64,000 nucleotides of DNA from the NCBI RefSeq assembly GCF_026571515.1, contig NW_026858894.1, forward strand, positions 1 to 64,000, given 5' to 3'. The notes under the pieces are model-generated. The model was given only the letters and a program-made list of their open reading frames with translations, was not told where the DNA came from and ran no database searches. The position numbers and the translations under genes were made by a program. Within the stretch, counting starts at the first letter, position 1; each line of letters starts with the position of its first letter. This document shows, piece by piece, positions 12,806-25,075 of the stretch. The stretch comes from Ruditapes philippinarum. Its lineage: Eukaryota.

Positions 12806-14130
12806 ATGTTTATAAAGCAACGGAAAGAAAGAAAAGGGAAAAATAGATTAATTTTGATTTTGATATTACCACAAATGATTTACTTACTGATATACTTTCG
12901 TATTTACGGCGATTTTAAGTTTGATTTTTGGAGCATAAATCAAAATATTTCGGTAAGTAACAAGGGTGTGAAAGTCAAAGATTAATGATTGCACATATGA
13001 TCTATTGAAAGAAATAAAATGTTTCTGCTTGCATCGTCATGAAATTGACAATCTATTTGCATTGGAAATTTCCATGGATAAATTTTGATATTAATATTAT
13101 GTGCTTTTAAATCTTTATTTTATAGGATCAAACAGAATCCAAAAGTAAGTATAACAAGACTAACGTGCACTCAGAGACGTTTAAATTACGTGTAAACATG
13201 CATGCAAACTTTCTTGAAAACGTCAAAAATGATGTGCAAGAGCATAAAGTAAAACTCAGAAATGAAACAATCGTTGCATTGGAGAAATTAAAATCTGAAA
13301 TAATGAGAAGCGATACTGAACCTTTGTTAACATTATTCACGACATGGAATAACAATCCAGTCAAAAATGCTGTTCATAACATCACTTTAAGAAACTGGAT
13401 GACACTGCGTCCGTATGTGGTGTCGGTTATTTTCTTAAATGATACTTTGACGAAGCAATTTTTGAAACAGTATGGTTGCGAATATTTGACCATAAATAAA
13501 ACAGCTGGAGGCGGGATTCCTATTTTGAAGTATATGTACATAGATGTCATGCGATTTTTTAAATCAACATTCTATGCATACAGTAATGCTGACATATTGT
13601 TTACCGACACTCTGATTTATACATTATTTTCTCTTAAAGAATATATGAAACATTTAAGCATGCCTATTCTTATTGTAGGCAAAGGACATAACGTCAATTT
13701 TCTTACTATGTCAGAAGGGTTATCTTGGAAAAGTATAACACAAGTAGCTCAAGTGCGCGGTAAACTTTTCAATGGTTTTGCAGAAGATTACTTTATAACA
13801 ACTCCCGAATATCCTTGGAGTGATATAGAAGATGTTGTCATTGGACGGCGGGCCTATGACAACTGGCTAGTATATCGATCAAGAAAATTACAATTTAATG
13901 TAATTGACAGCACAAAAACAATTCTCGCTGTACATCAAACTACAGGTGCTGGTAACTACGAGGGGCATAAACAAACCAATTCAAATTATAATCATAATTT
14001 ACTTGTAAAATTATATAAATTTATAGAATATAAAACTGGATTTATCGAATGTATTGAAAAATATACAGACTACAAAAATGAAATACTTCTTGTAAAAACA
14101 AGGATTGTGGAGAAACAGTGCACGGTATGA
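12806..14130 (+). CDS. Uncharacterised GT-A-like type II membrane protein (putative glycosyltransferase, similar to the N-terminal domain of plant RAY1), 383 aa; exons 12806-12952 and 13126-14130
   Basis: Exon 1 (missed by the ORF track) reads MFIKQRKERKGKNRLILILILPQMIYLLIYFRIYG..., a basic tail plus TM helix, and ends at GTAAGT (12953). A polypyrimidine-TAG acceptor at 13125 joins in phase 0 to the long ORF. Motifs: LRNWMTLRP, GIPIL, YAYSNADIL, EDYFIT, IGRRAYDNWLV, IDSTKTILAVHQ. Confidence 0.82.
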
Positions 14131-15159
14131 ATAAAGATATTGATCCATGAAGAGTATATAGTTTTCTTCAGTGTCCTTAATTTATGGATATGCTTTAAGC
14201 TTAATTCCATGTTGTTGCTAGACTCGATTAATGTCTGGTGCAACGACACCAACCCTTAGCGGGCTTGACAATATGTATGAAGTAACCATTCTCAACTTCA
14301 AATAAACTTGTATGAAATGCATTATCATTTATTGCACTTAATGCTTTTGTTCAGTCTAATTATTATTATTATTTTCAATTATGGCTGAATGCGACTAATT
14401 TGTACTCCTTTACATGGATTAAAATAGTATTTGACACCGTATTTGAAATATTCATATTACAAATTAAATACTTTTGTGATCAGTATCAAGCATTTCCTAC
14501 TATATCACAATTTCTCTTTCTCTTTTTTTCTTTTTTATAATTATAATAAAACCGAATCATTTTCATACTAGTATGTACATTAGTTAATTCTTAAAACACA
14601 AAGAAAATTGTAAACTAACGCAATAACCACAATCAAATTTAATTTAAATTATTACAATACGGAAACAAGATTTTCAGTCCCGTTTTAATTAGTTTCCAAT
14701 TTATGAAAAAATTATTCATATCTCCTGAATGAAATTCCTAGTTTAAGATATTTTTACATTTCAAAGTTAGCAGGCGAATTAAAATTACAAACGAATAATG
14801 ATTTTGTCGAATGTAAAATATAAGAAACAGGCAATATTGTACAAAGCATGCATGTCTTATGTTCGGAGGCAAAGGACCTGTTTAAATAGGCTGTGTCAAC
14901 CCTCAACTGTATTATCACACAGCAATTGTTTTGATTTCGAACTTCAATATATAAGCCCTTGCCCTTATTTGCACAGCATCATGTATCATTAAAACATTTT
15001 TCTTTTGTTTAAAAAGTGATAGATTTGATGATAATTTTTGATTAATCATTCTACACTGAATCACTTTCAAAGTTCTTTGCATCTGAAATTGTAAATCGTA
15101 ATGCATTGATTGTTTATAATAATGGTATCATTATATTGGCAAAACGTCTTATAAAAGCT

Positions 15160-16560
15160 TTGCTAAAATGCACATTGGACTTGCATATATTCTTATTTAA
15201 GCTTCAAGTTACATTTATCATTACCTCTGAAATCTGCTGTCAATTATTTTATAGTCAACATGAGCATCAAAGTCACAATGAATGACACTCATTTATGTTA
15301 TTAAAAATAGTATCATTAAGTTGTACGTTTTGAATAAATGTAAAACCGATATTTTTGTCATTTTGAATGATATTTAATCATAAACGTCAACATCTCAAAC
15401 AATTTCGAAACGTTTTGCTGGGAATGTTGAGTGACACACCATTGATTTGTGCGTGTAAATGGAATCTTGTTACGTTTGCTTGTCCTGGTGACTGGCATTG
15501 TTATTAACTTCTTTATTGTTATCAATGTTTAAAACAGATTACTTGGCATGATGAGTGCCATAACCGTTCATTTATTCTTTTTTTCAATTCTAAAACGTGT
15601 TGCTTGTTATATCTTTAAACATTTAACTAGACATGTTGAGCGATAGAAATATTAATTCCTGCACCTTTTATACATTTTAAAGTGTCAGTTTTAAATGTTT
15701 AAGTGAAGTTGCTGCTAGAGTAGCATGTGTTTGGCACAATACGACATAATTATTTGTATAATATCTTCCAATGATATTTGTGTTGTTTCTGGATTACATG
15801 CACAATACAGCAACATCTTAATTGAAGAATTATGTCATTCATCTGCTAGCATACACAAGAACAACCAGAAAAGGAAATAAAAGAAATAGTATATGCAAAA
15901 TATGGGTTTTCAGATTAACAGCATACATGACAAAGCAATTCATGTTTTAGGTAACCTCAAGGTAGCCATTTATCAATTAATCACGCCCGCCATCTTACAA
16001 ACCAATACATATTGAGCCAAAGAAGCTATTCTTCTGCTTTTGATGTAGGAAATGAATTTTTGTAGCTTTGTTTAATGAAATATTCAACAAAGAAAACGTA
16101 CAACAATTAAATAGTAAGGCATTTTTTAAATCATTAAATAAATTTAGTCTACATATAGCCTAGATCAAAACTTTTCAACAAAAAAATAATTTTTATAATT
16201 ATAATGATAAAACATGAATAAACCAGTTATTATTATTAAAAATAAATGAGCATGCGTCAATCAGCTTGGCATTATATTGGCAAATATTAAACCCTTTCTT
16301 TCAGTTGTTAATGTATCTAACCCTGGATTTCTTTTTTGGTTCCTCCGTCCATTAAACTTTTTACATGGATCAAAATACGAGAAAATCATTGGACACTGAG
16401 TCTATTGCCTGAGATACATTGCTAGTAAGGTTCACAATTCTCTAACTGAAAAATAAGTAATAATGTCACATTTGATGTGCCATTTTGACCCAAGCTGCTT
16501 AATTCATAAGATAAGGTGAAGACGTCTTCCGAGAAATGCCTTTTTAAATATATCAGTTCT
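15160..16560 (+). repeat. Locally repeated non-coding module containing several GCATG(T/A)TGAGTGA-type subrepeats; related copies at ~34330-35400 (mostly -), ~56420-57000 (+), ~5400-5600 and ~8050-8250 (-), ~46420-46520 (-)
   Basis: TGTCCTGGTGACTG(G/A)CATTGT at ~15480 and ~56613. ATTTAGTCTAC..TAGCCTAGATC, ATGCGTCAAT.AGCTTGGCATT and TGTCACATT.GATGTGCCATTTT match the reverse complement of 34330-34710. Confidence 0.7.
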
Positions 16561-17009
16561 TCAATCAAAAAAAAATCCAAAGACATATGTATCTTTTATG
16601 TAAGCCTATATTAGCGACTTAATCCTTGAAAGAATCGGTTTTGACCCGATGGGAATACAATGATGTCTTTTGAAGTGAAAGTGTAAATAAACTAAATCGC
16701 CCTCGGAAGTTTGGGCTTTTTTTAGATGACTACAATGTGATGATTCATGTCACATATATACATTTGCACATTGAAGTTTAGAAGTGAACTTTAAATTGTC
16801 TATGTTAACTATGTTGCTCCTGGACTTTGACCTTTTTTCCTCCACATCATGAGTCCTACAACCTATCTTGATATTATCTGGTTAGGAGATTTTCAAGACA
16901 TATTTACTTTATAAATCCTTAGCAATTTTAGACCTGATGTACATGATTTACATAACTTTATTACAATACAATGTTATATACAAAATCTGAATATCATATT
17001 ACACAGTTA

Positions 17010-17860
17010 GGTTACCGAAGACATAAATGAATAATTGTCGTGTCACTCATATGTTAACCGTTTATTTTGTTTTGTAGTTTTTGCTGACCCCAAGGTGACC
17101 ATCTTTCTATTATTATAAGAGGGGAACTCACGACTCCCTTTTGCAAATCATTAACTTATACTCTTTCCAAATAATCAATAAATATATGCAGTTACCAATG
17201 GCTATAGTTATCATAATCATTATGGTTGAGGTAGTTATGGACCCTATAAAGTTTAAAACACAGAAATTATTAATACTTTTAAAAAGCATCAAAATGATAT
17301 CATGAATAGCTTTTATTCATTTTATTTTTATTTGATAGTTTAAAAATATAATAAGTACAAGGTAAAACCTTTTCTCAATTCAATTTAATTATTAAAAATG
17401 AGATAAATAATGAAAAGTGATTTTAAGAATGTGACAATCAATTTGAACTTNNNNNNNNNNNNNNNNNNNNNNNNNNNNNNNNNNNNNNNNNNNNNNNNNN
17501 NNNNNNNNNNNNNNNNNNNNNNNNNNNNNNNNNNNNNNNNNNNNNNNNNNNNNNNNNNNNNNNNNNNNNNNNNNNNNNNNNNNNNNNTTGGTTTGCAGGC
17601 CGTCGGTCTGAGTTTGAACCCGTAAAACGATTGACGGATGGCCACCTTGAGGTTAGCAAAACTCAAAAAATAAACAGTTTCTTAGAGAGATGATTGACGT
17701 GAACATCGTTTACTTATGTAATATTTTCAATAACTGTCAAGAAGACAAAGGACTCATTTCGTAACATCTCTGATAAAGTAACACATGTTGTATACATTTT
17801 CTGTATGGTACAAGTATCATATTTTGTTGAAAGTGTATAATTAGGCTGTATGTTTGTTTT
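17010..17860. repeat. Inverted pair of a tRNA-like (A/B-box) repeat flanking an N-gap; the same inverted pair recurs at ~43480-44550 and a single copy lies at ~29190-29520
   Basis: TTTTTGCTGACCCCAAGGTG at ~17078 and ~43603. The inverse arm (GCCA.CTTGAGGTTAGCAAA) is at ~17641 and ~44339. Best-preserved head at ~44258: GCTCAGTGG...GAGTTCAAACC. Confidence 0.7.
17451..17587. other. Assembly gap (N run)
   Basis: Run of N. Confidence 1.
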
Positions 17861-19307
17861 CCTATATAATACTTTACAAACTCAAACACAAGCTTAATTG
17901 CTATGTGTTTTATAACGATATTCAAACTAGGGTTTATAACGGTCCTGAAAAATTGAATGTGAAAACATTACAGCAACTGCTTCGTTCCCTAATTTTAACC
18001 TTTTCAATTTTGCAAGTTTGCAATTTGTTATGTATGTCATGATTTATATTCTAAGATATCTTCGTACGGGTACAGAAAAAGACACTAAAACAATAGAGGT
18101 ATTTGTACGAAATAGCACCAAACTTTTTGGATAAGAAGTCTTTCTTGTTCTTAATGATAATTGAATTGTATACATGGTATTTATATATGTGCCATTGGAG
18201 TGAAACTAAAGTTTACCAATCACATATAGCGCCTTACATGTACCACAATATTATGATAAACTATGGATTTGTTTGAACATGGAAGATGTAAATTGAAGTG
18301 TTACATACTATGCTTATATTATAAAAAGATATTCGAAAAGGGAAGTGTTAATATACAAACAATTCATGTGTAGTAACAAATAAGTATTTAGACTAATAAA
18401 ATAAACATTTGTTTAAACAATAAGTAAATAAATTTTTTAGAATAATGGATAGATGGATGGAGGAATTGGGTTAATAATTGATTTGGATGTAATTTGGGTT
18501 GGTCGATAAAAATGGATTGATGAAAATATTTATAGCACAATTGATGGTAAGAAATTAAGGCATGGAGAAAAGAAGAAATATGGTTTGTTACCTGACTCTA
18601 TAGATAGACGGACGGCTGAATTGGTGGCATTTGTAATTTTTATGATGATAGTAATAAATAACAATGGTGATAAGTATAATAATGATAAAATCTCATAACG
18701 ATTATAATAATTTAAAGAAACCGGTAAAAAGTTATCACTTTTATAATAAAAAAACCTGCATTGATAAATAAAGGTGCTGGCTCCTTGCTCTGTTGCTTAG
18801 CAATGTAACTTTCTTGATTTCGTTTCTAAGGATGTTTTTAAAGGTATGCAAAATTTATTGTCGGCAACTTTATTATTTTTTTAAATAATTTTATTATTAT
18901 TTATAAACAAAATGAGCGTATATATTGCGAATCATTGTGTCCAATGGTATGTATCAAGTAAAAGAAGTATGCAAAATTCATATAGTAAGGTAAACAAATA
19001 CAGAAATACCCAATTCATATTGATGTTCACTGTTGTCGTTTTTGAGGATTTGAGTGATTTCATATAGTTTTCACGTCACAACTATGTTAAAATGTGTATA
19101 GACAGAAATTACCACAAACATATAACGTTGACGCTTTAAAATACTGACGTTCAGGATACAAGTATTGTTATTTGAATTTCAGTCTATAAGCGCTTTTTAT
19201 CAGCTCGAATTAACTTGATGGCATAAAACATACAGTGTATCACAAAATATAAACTAACAGAACGAAAACTGTATAAGATTTTCAGCTATTACCAACATTA
19301 TAACCAG

Positions 19308-22300
19308 ATGGTTCAAGACACTAACAGAGGAGTTCAGTCGAGAACTAAAACACGAATAAAAGTGAATCGGCTTTTCTTTGTGATTGGACTATTAGTATTA
19401 GTATGTATTTTTGATGTTGTTCATCAACGTAAAACGTTTATGGTAAGTTTAGATGCACTTCGTGTGTACAGTTTTCCATACATAAAATCACGTTACTTTT
19501 TTCGTTTGAATAATTCAAAATTTGTGTTGTTACTCTTTACAGGGTTTTTATTCAGAAGTAAACGGAGAAAAAGATGTAAATGTTGGAAATGACAAAACAT
19601 TATACGAATTTCAATAAATTATAAAATAACAATAAATCTTTCGAGACAGAAACAAAGACTCTTGCTGAAAATATTAAGAAAATGCGATACATTTACCAAT
19701 TAGCGCTTTTCCAAAAAGTTAAAATTCAAAAATTAAGAACTATCGTTAGTAAACATGTAAGGACAGGCGGCGAAAACATATACTATAATTATTATCTTAT
19801 CAGTTGATAAGTATTATCAATGTCGTATTCAGATGCAGATGAAAAGTAACAAAAGTAGATGTGAAAAGGTGATCGACGAAATGAATTTATTTCAAATACC
19901 TGATGAGGACATCATAGACAAAATGGACAACAATGCTTTGTATTTATTGTTTGACACGTGAGTATTGTTCAGTTTTATTGATAAGCTTTAAATGAACAAT
20001 ATTACAAGAATTAAACCAGTCGATACCCGTTCAGTCCTGCTTTCTAATATATTAATATATTATATAATGTTTCTTCGAACGAATTATTAACACTATACGA
20101 GTATGCACGTATGTATGCATGTTTTTATTCTAGTCATTGGCATTGTCGAAATGTCGAAAATTTACTTCCTCTTATTATCATCGTTATACTGTTTTACACA
20201 ATGCAGTTGATAAAGTATTGATTTATAACAATACAACTTTTTTTGTTTAAAAAATGATATTGTGCATTTAAACCTTTTGACAGTAACTCATTTCAAATTT
20301 GGATTTATGAATAATAAAGTGGCATTATGTCCATACAAGTATTTACAGTAATTTAATAAGTAAAAGTTAAATAACTTGATATTTTGCCATAATTGTACTA
20401 TGAGATAAAATCAATAATCAATAATCCGTGTGACCAAGGCATTTTCTTATATTTCGTTAATATAGTTAGCAAGATATATTAATAATTGTTACAGCATTTA
20501 AAATTCCTTTTTAAAAACTACATTGCTTAACTTTTAAAGTTTTTGTAGCTTTGAATTTATAAGCAATAGTATTTGAATCATTTGAAAAGATTGCAAAGGA
20601 TATCCGTTTTAGGATTTAAGTTGTGTTAAACTTCTATTTTTAAAAGCTGTGATTCAGTTGTATGTAGTAAAACACAAAAACTTACTTGTATTATATCCGT
20701 TGAAATCAATACAATATGTATGTGTGTCACAAGGTATGTTAATCTACAACAATACCACTGCTGCAATTTAACCAGACAAGGTCCGAAACAGTCATCAGGA
20801 AAAAATATATGTGAAGATTATTTTTTCAAACCAGGATCAAAATGCATAGTTTACTCTTTTGGGTAGGTTGTTTCTAATTTGATGAGTGTTTTATCTAGAT
20901 TACTTGTTTAAGCCTTTGTAAATTATATCAAAATTTAAAAAAATGTATTAATTCTGTTTTAAAGCTTTCAATAATGCATGCAATATTTTTGTTTTCATTC
21001 AGCATCATTAGATAGAAACATATTTTCTAATGAATCAGAAATCAAGATTAAACAGTTTCTGACAAATAAAAGTATTAGATTGATCTGAAAGAACCATTAT
21101 TTTGTTTTCTCGGAAACTAGAACATTGCAAGTAAATAAATCTAAATTAATAAATATTTTAATTCCTGTTCTCGATAAATTAAAGGTCCCAGTTAAATTTC
21201 GACTTCGAAGAAAGTATCTGGAGATCTTTCAAGTGTGAAATCCACACGTTTGATCCAAGGTTTGTTACGTTATTTGAATCTTTAATAATTTACTTTTTTC
21301 ACACTGAATAAAAAACACTTTTCTTATACGAGTACGTATTGGAAGCTCGACAACATCTATTTGAGGTAATATAAATATAAAAATATAAATATCTGGGTTG
21401 TGTTTCACTGAGAGTCCTAAGTCTAGAAACGGTCTTAAGACAAAAACCGATTCAGTTTTGTTTTTCAAAGAAAGATTTCCTCCTTACGTATGACTCTTAT
21501 GAAACTACTTGTTCAATTTCTTGATAGCCCTGTAGATAAGCATGACGAGATTGTGGGTTAAAGTTTATGTCATTTTACCTCTTATCATTTCTCAGGGGAA
21601 TGGAATTGGTTAATGTTCAAGTCTTTGACTAAAGATCAAATATTTGTTAAAAGGTCTCGAGTTATTTCTAATTTACCAATTAGTCCTCGGACTTATGATA
21701 CAATTAGGTCTTTGTCTTTATATGAAACGCAGCCCTGATCACTAAGTGTATTAAGTATTATTGATAGATTCCTATGTTTAAGATATATCTTAACATCTGT
21801 TAAACATGAAGATTTTATTAAACAGTTTAATATAATTAAACAGGGCAGAGTGTCTAAGTGTCGTTTTAAGTCATGCTTTTGTCATGTTTCAGAGTAAGGT
21901 AGCAATTTATAAACGCATCAATTTTAGACATAATATCTTAGATATGACAAACTAATATAGAAAATATAGAAAGTTATTTAATCTTATTCATTCAGCATGC
22001 CAGTTGAGGGGAAGACATTACCAACGTTTATAGATTATCATCTAATTGGTCTGTCCGGGAAAAATTTTATTCAAACGGAACCAGAAAAATGGAGACACCA
22101 CGATAATCCTTTGCTGAAAACATGGAAAATGCAAACCCTTTCATCAATCATGGACACGCTTAACCATTCAGTAGTACGTAATGCATACTTGATACTGTGG
22201 GGTGTTTCTATAGTTTTAAAGATAATCACATGACTCATTAACTGAACGTGACATTTTGTAAAATATTCGATTTTGTAGCTTCCTTTATAACTTATAAATC

Positions 22301-22806
22301 TGTAAAGGAGAAGTTTAAGAGATCATATAATATTCTCCTTGATTTAGAAAAATATATGTACGTAGTCTGTCAAGTTTAATGTGCCAAAATCATAGTTGTC
22401 TTGTACATTTTTTGTTGTTTTAAATTCTAATGTCATGTATTTTACTATATTGCAGACGACAATTGACATTTTGAAAATAGACATTGAAGGATGGGAATGG
22501 AACGCACTCCCTGATATGATAAAGACAGACATTCTACGTCATGTGAAACAACTCTGTATTGAACTTCACTTTGGATATAGCTTCAAGTATCAAACAACAA
22601 ATGGACGTATTAAACCAGTTTTTACTAAAAATACGTGGGGAAATGTTCCAATAAAGAATCAAATAAAGCTTTTGAAGCAGTTATTCAATAACAGCTTTCG
22701 AATAGTAAGAAATGAACCATTGAATTGGGGGACAATAAAAATTGAAAACAAGGTTATAAGAATTCTAAATGAATAAACACTTATAAATCTAAGATTTTTG
22801 CCCTGA
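19308..22806 (+). pseudogene. METTL24-like (Methyltransf_22) type II membrane methyltransferase, disrupted; exons 19308-19442, 19543-19756, 19833-19957, 20734-20862, 21185-21259, 21996-22173, 22456-22806
   Basis: All introns are GT-AG and phase-compatible. TM helix LFFVIGLLVLVCIF. Family motifs KNICED..CIVYSFG, CEIHTFDPS, IDILKIDIEGWEW, VKQLCIELH. Exon 2 (214 nt) has a frameshift and stop. An in-frame TAA at 22774-22776 precedes TLINLRFLP-TGA. Confidence 0.8.
21396..21734. mobile_element. MITE with imperfect TIRs and CTG target-site duplication (PIF/Harbinger-like), inside a METTL24-like intron
   Basis: CTG|GGTTGTGTTTCA ... TGAAACGCAGCC|CTG. Confidence 0.6.
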
Positions 22807-23159
22807 AATGGTCTAAATTTGGTATACAAAGTCAAAAATTGTTTGTTAGAGAAGATATCGGAAGTTTTAAGTTCTTGAATAATTTAATTTGGGTTCCATT
22901 TAAATCATGTAAATGGTATATTTTCATAAAGTCAAAATAGCTATGAACCATATAATATTATCATTGTTCATTTTGATTTATACTGCAATTTATTTACCTA
23001 AATATGATAAAGATACATACAACTTACGAAATATTGTGATTGTTATTGACCTTTTGACTACGTTCCTTGAATCAAGCGAATTGCGATTGCGATAATGTCA
23101 AACTTGAGGTGTGCTGCTGTAGTGAAAAACGGCCAACACTTTTCATTCCAACATCGAAA

Positions 23160-23410
23160 ATGGATTCCGAGAGGTCTATTATTTAGCGAATTTCACATTT
23201 AAGTTACTTTTATGGCCTTTAGTAAATATGTAGGGAATGAGAAGCAAAAGTTTCCTCAACGATCAATGAAAGTCGATTTGATTGATATTTACGATTCAAA
23301 TACGAATCAAAATGAACAATGATAATATTAATATATTGTTTCGACAATGGATACAGTAAATTTGAAACTGTTAGAAAAATATATCCTGAAAGAAAACTAA
23401 ATGAAATATA
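23160..23410 (+). pseudogene. Degenerate inverted relic of the last exon of the WSCD-type sulfotransferase
   Basis: Translates with indels to FREVYYLANF-TFKLLL..SKYVGNEKQKFPQRSMKVDLIDIYDS, versus FREVYHLANF..TFKSLL..SKYVEKEKRQFPNQAMEVDLFDIYDS at 31651-32015. Confidence 0.8.
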
Positions 23411-23644
23411 TTATTTTCATTACTTTTGCATTTTTCAAAATCATTATGTCATTAGGTTTTATGCGTCAATAGCCATGGCGTCAGTAAATACATTTTTAAC
23501 ACAGTGACTTATTTATATAACAAAGATTTTAGCAAAGATATTTTATTACAACAACAAATGATTGACGTAAAGAGAAAGACATGTAAGTATACTTATTTAA
23601 GATGCTTTATTATTCCGGTACGGTTAATATAACTAAAACTCATC

Positions 23645-25050
23645 TTTCGATCATAGTGGAGGCTGTAAAGTATAATTCTGAAATATATCATTGTTAATAT
23701 CAAAATGGTCTTAATATTTCAGTGATCTATTGTATATTGGTTTAAATATTTAAGGTAAATACACAATATGTGTCCGAGTTTCAAGGCAGTAAAAACTCAA
23801 ATAAGTTAATGCTGTTACGGATACAGATTAAAGAGGGATGTGATAAAATTATAGATCAAACAAGACGTTGAAAGAGATTATAAAAGTTTTCCTTCGAGCG
23901 TATTTGTGAAGGTTTAAGATCTAAATTGCAAGCAACACTAACACATTGTGGGAGTATACAGCAACTATATGATTGGACACGAAAGACTTATTGCAAAATT
24001 TAAACAATTCAATGTCTGGGCTAGTAAGCATTTTATTTCAAAATTTTAATGAGGCATTGCATTTCATCTAAAATATGTTTTACCCTTTCTGAAATTAGAT
24101 TGTTGAATCTCTAATTTATGTATCAATATTTACACTGTTTAATATAGACAATATTACTGTAAGTAATTCATGGTCTTTGTAGTATATCACTACATTCACG
24201 TTCCCCACAGAATTCTGACAATACCACACCGCATTATATTTTGAAATACAAATGTATAAAGAAAAAATCGACACAATGTATAAGGCATTCTGAATTCACA
24301 TTAGAAATGATTCACCGATGAAATAAACAAACTAAAGATGTGACGTAGTTTAACGATTGATTAATTACAATTCTTGGTGAAAATGTTAAACCAACGAAGT
24401 TTAAGCTTGATAAAAGTTATATGTTCATTTCGCTATTCGATCATAAATGAGGATTCAAAGTATAATTCTGAAAGATGTTATTTTTAATATGGCCTTTATG
24501 GACGGTCTTTATATCTAAGTGACATATTGTTCAAATACATAATATGTGTCCAGGTTTCAAGGCAGTACAAAATCAAGAAAGTTATTGCTGTAATGGATAT
24601 AGATTTTAGAGGGACAAGATAAAAAAAAGCGATAACCCAAGGTATTTGGAAAAGATTAAAAATGTTTTTGAGAGCCTAAGTGTGAAGGTATAACATCCAG
24701 ATTACAAGCAACACCAACACGTTGTGGTACATGTTGTTAATAGCAACTACTATATGATAAGACAAATGAAAGATTCAAACAGTTTATTTTTATGAGCTAG
24801 TTAGCTTTTAATATAATCATTTCAATATGACATTTTATGTTTAACCCTTTCCGATATTAGATTGTTGAATCTCTATTTAACTTCAATATTTATATTGTTT
24901 AATATAAACAATTAGTAAATATTGATCTTTGTAGTAAATCACCTCTATCACGTCCCCTTTATAATTATGACAATACAATACCGCATAATAGTGTGAAATG
25001 CTAAGAAAAAATACGTTCCGAATTCACATTACATTCACATTCACATTACC
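23645..25050 (+). repeat. Older diverged tandem duplication (~790-bp offset; ~23645-24310 vs ~24435-25050)
   Basis: TCGATCATA..GAGG..AAAGTATAATTCTGAAA, AATATGTGTCC..GTTTCAAGGCAGTA, ATTAGATTGTTGAATCTCTA and ACCGCAT recur colinearly. Confidence 0.75.
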
Positions 25051-25075
25051 TGGTTAAACTAACATAAACAAAATA

